A stretch of DNA of 63,983 bases, filler included, from Catajapyx aquilonaris (Eukaryota), in assembly GCA_000934665.2 (NCBI GenBank). It is 3 parts of 3 records of this genome, joined end to end, with 100 filler letters (N's around TTAATTAATTAA, not from the genome) between each part and the next. Parts side by side here need not be neighbours in the genome. Positions count along the whole stretch, not along the records: positions 43,072 to 63,983 come from JYFJ02006163.1; 2 more parts are not named here. One strand, 5' to 3'. Below, in pieces: positions 63,200 to 63,983 of the stretch. The translations under genes and the position numbers were made by a program. Each line of letters begins with the position of its first letter. Position 1 is the first letter of the stretch. The notes beneath the pieces are model-generated. The model did not search any database. It saw only the letters and a list, made by a program, of their open reading frames with translations, and had not been told where the DNA came from.

Positions 63200-63556
63200 A
63201 TTTTTATTTATTTTTTATTTTACCCCGTGATATAGGGGTGATATAGGGGTGATATAGGGGGTGGTATACCACCATCAGTTTTCTGTATATTTTTGCTTCA
63301 GAAACCGGTGCAAGGAAACAAGGAGAATGGGAAAGGAGAGGGATTTTTGGGGAGGGAACATGGGTGCAAGGTGCAGTGTCCTTTGCTATTGGGTCATGTG
63401 CTGTTCCCCAGGAGGTTAGGTTGCCAGACACCTCCTTGGTGCAGGTCAGAGACCCTCCTGACGCAGGTGAAAGGAAAGTTCCCCAGGCGGGGATCGACCC
63501 TGGGGCCTTTCGCTCTGCAAGCCGTGACGTTACCATCACGGCCACCACACCTCCCC
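63200..63556 (-). mobile_element. tRNA-derived SINE family B
   Basis: High identity to 57970-58226. Head TGGCCGTGATGGTAA...GGTCGATCCC. The 3' boundary is approximate. Confidence 0.8.
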
Positions 63557-63983
63557 ACGTCTCTACAAATTTCAAAGCATCGCATACGACCGTACGTCAT
63601 TGTCCGGCAAAAATATCAGTATGGAATAGCGACATATTTAACCCTGTAGCGGGCATTGTTGCCTGAGGGCAACAATTAATTTGCGCAGGCGCCATAAGCT
63701 TCAACATTGGTCCTGGAAACCACAGTGTGGCTTGATGTCACCGTTAGTTTGTTAGCTTCCGCTGGATGACATGCAATGTCGACAATGTTACGATCGGGAT
63801 ATGGTATGAAGCGGAGAGGAGGCAAGGTCGTTGAAAATGGCGCGAAATTTGAATTTGCTGAAGCAGCAATTGTTTCTGGAGCTGATTACATATAGGTGCA
63901 GATAGGAAATATCCAATTGCATGTGTAACACTGCAAGAGTAGCTCTCTCGTCGCCATTTGAGGCCATTCTAATTTTGCCAGCA

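Overview
Eukaryotic, arthropod-like genomic scaffold with many short 48-65 nt GT-AG introns. Intact spliced genes reconstructed by hand: NTAN1 (-, 6 coding exons, 309 aa), EXOC7/Exo70 (-, 11 exons, 715 aa), MED17 (+, 10 exons) and two complete UDP-glycosyltransferases (-). There is also the last exon of a third UGT (+), cut off by an assembly gap. The GTF2H3/TFB4 (TFIIH p34) copy (-) carries a frameshift and a broken splice donor, and looks pseudogenised. A phase-consistent 3-exon orphan gene (131 aa) sits inside the UGT cluster. Intergenic and intronic DNA is dense in non-autonomous elements: four tRNA-derived SINE families, piggyBac-, hAT-, P- and Tc1/mariner-type MITEs, mariner and MULE transposase relics and several near-perfect foldbacks. 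A hierarchical ~138-nt tandem repeat at 60-62.7 kb has co-amplified a SINE. Two 100-nt gaps contain an artificial TTAATTAATTAA linker, so adjacency across 21.5 kb and 43 kb is unverified. No CRISPR, rRNA or functional tRNA gene was found, and there is no evidence for a wholly new multi-gene system. The best leads are the orphan gene, the GTF2H3 pseudogene, the possibly coding-derived satellite and the SINE tail swap. Gene identities come from recognised motifs, not database searches.
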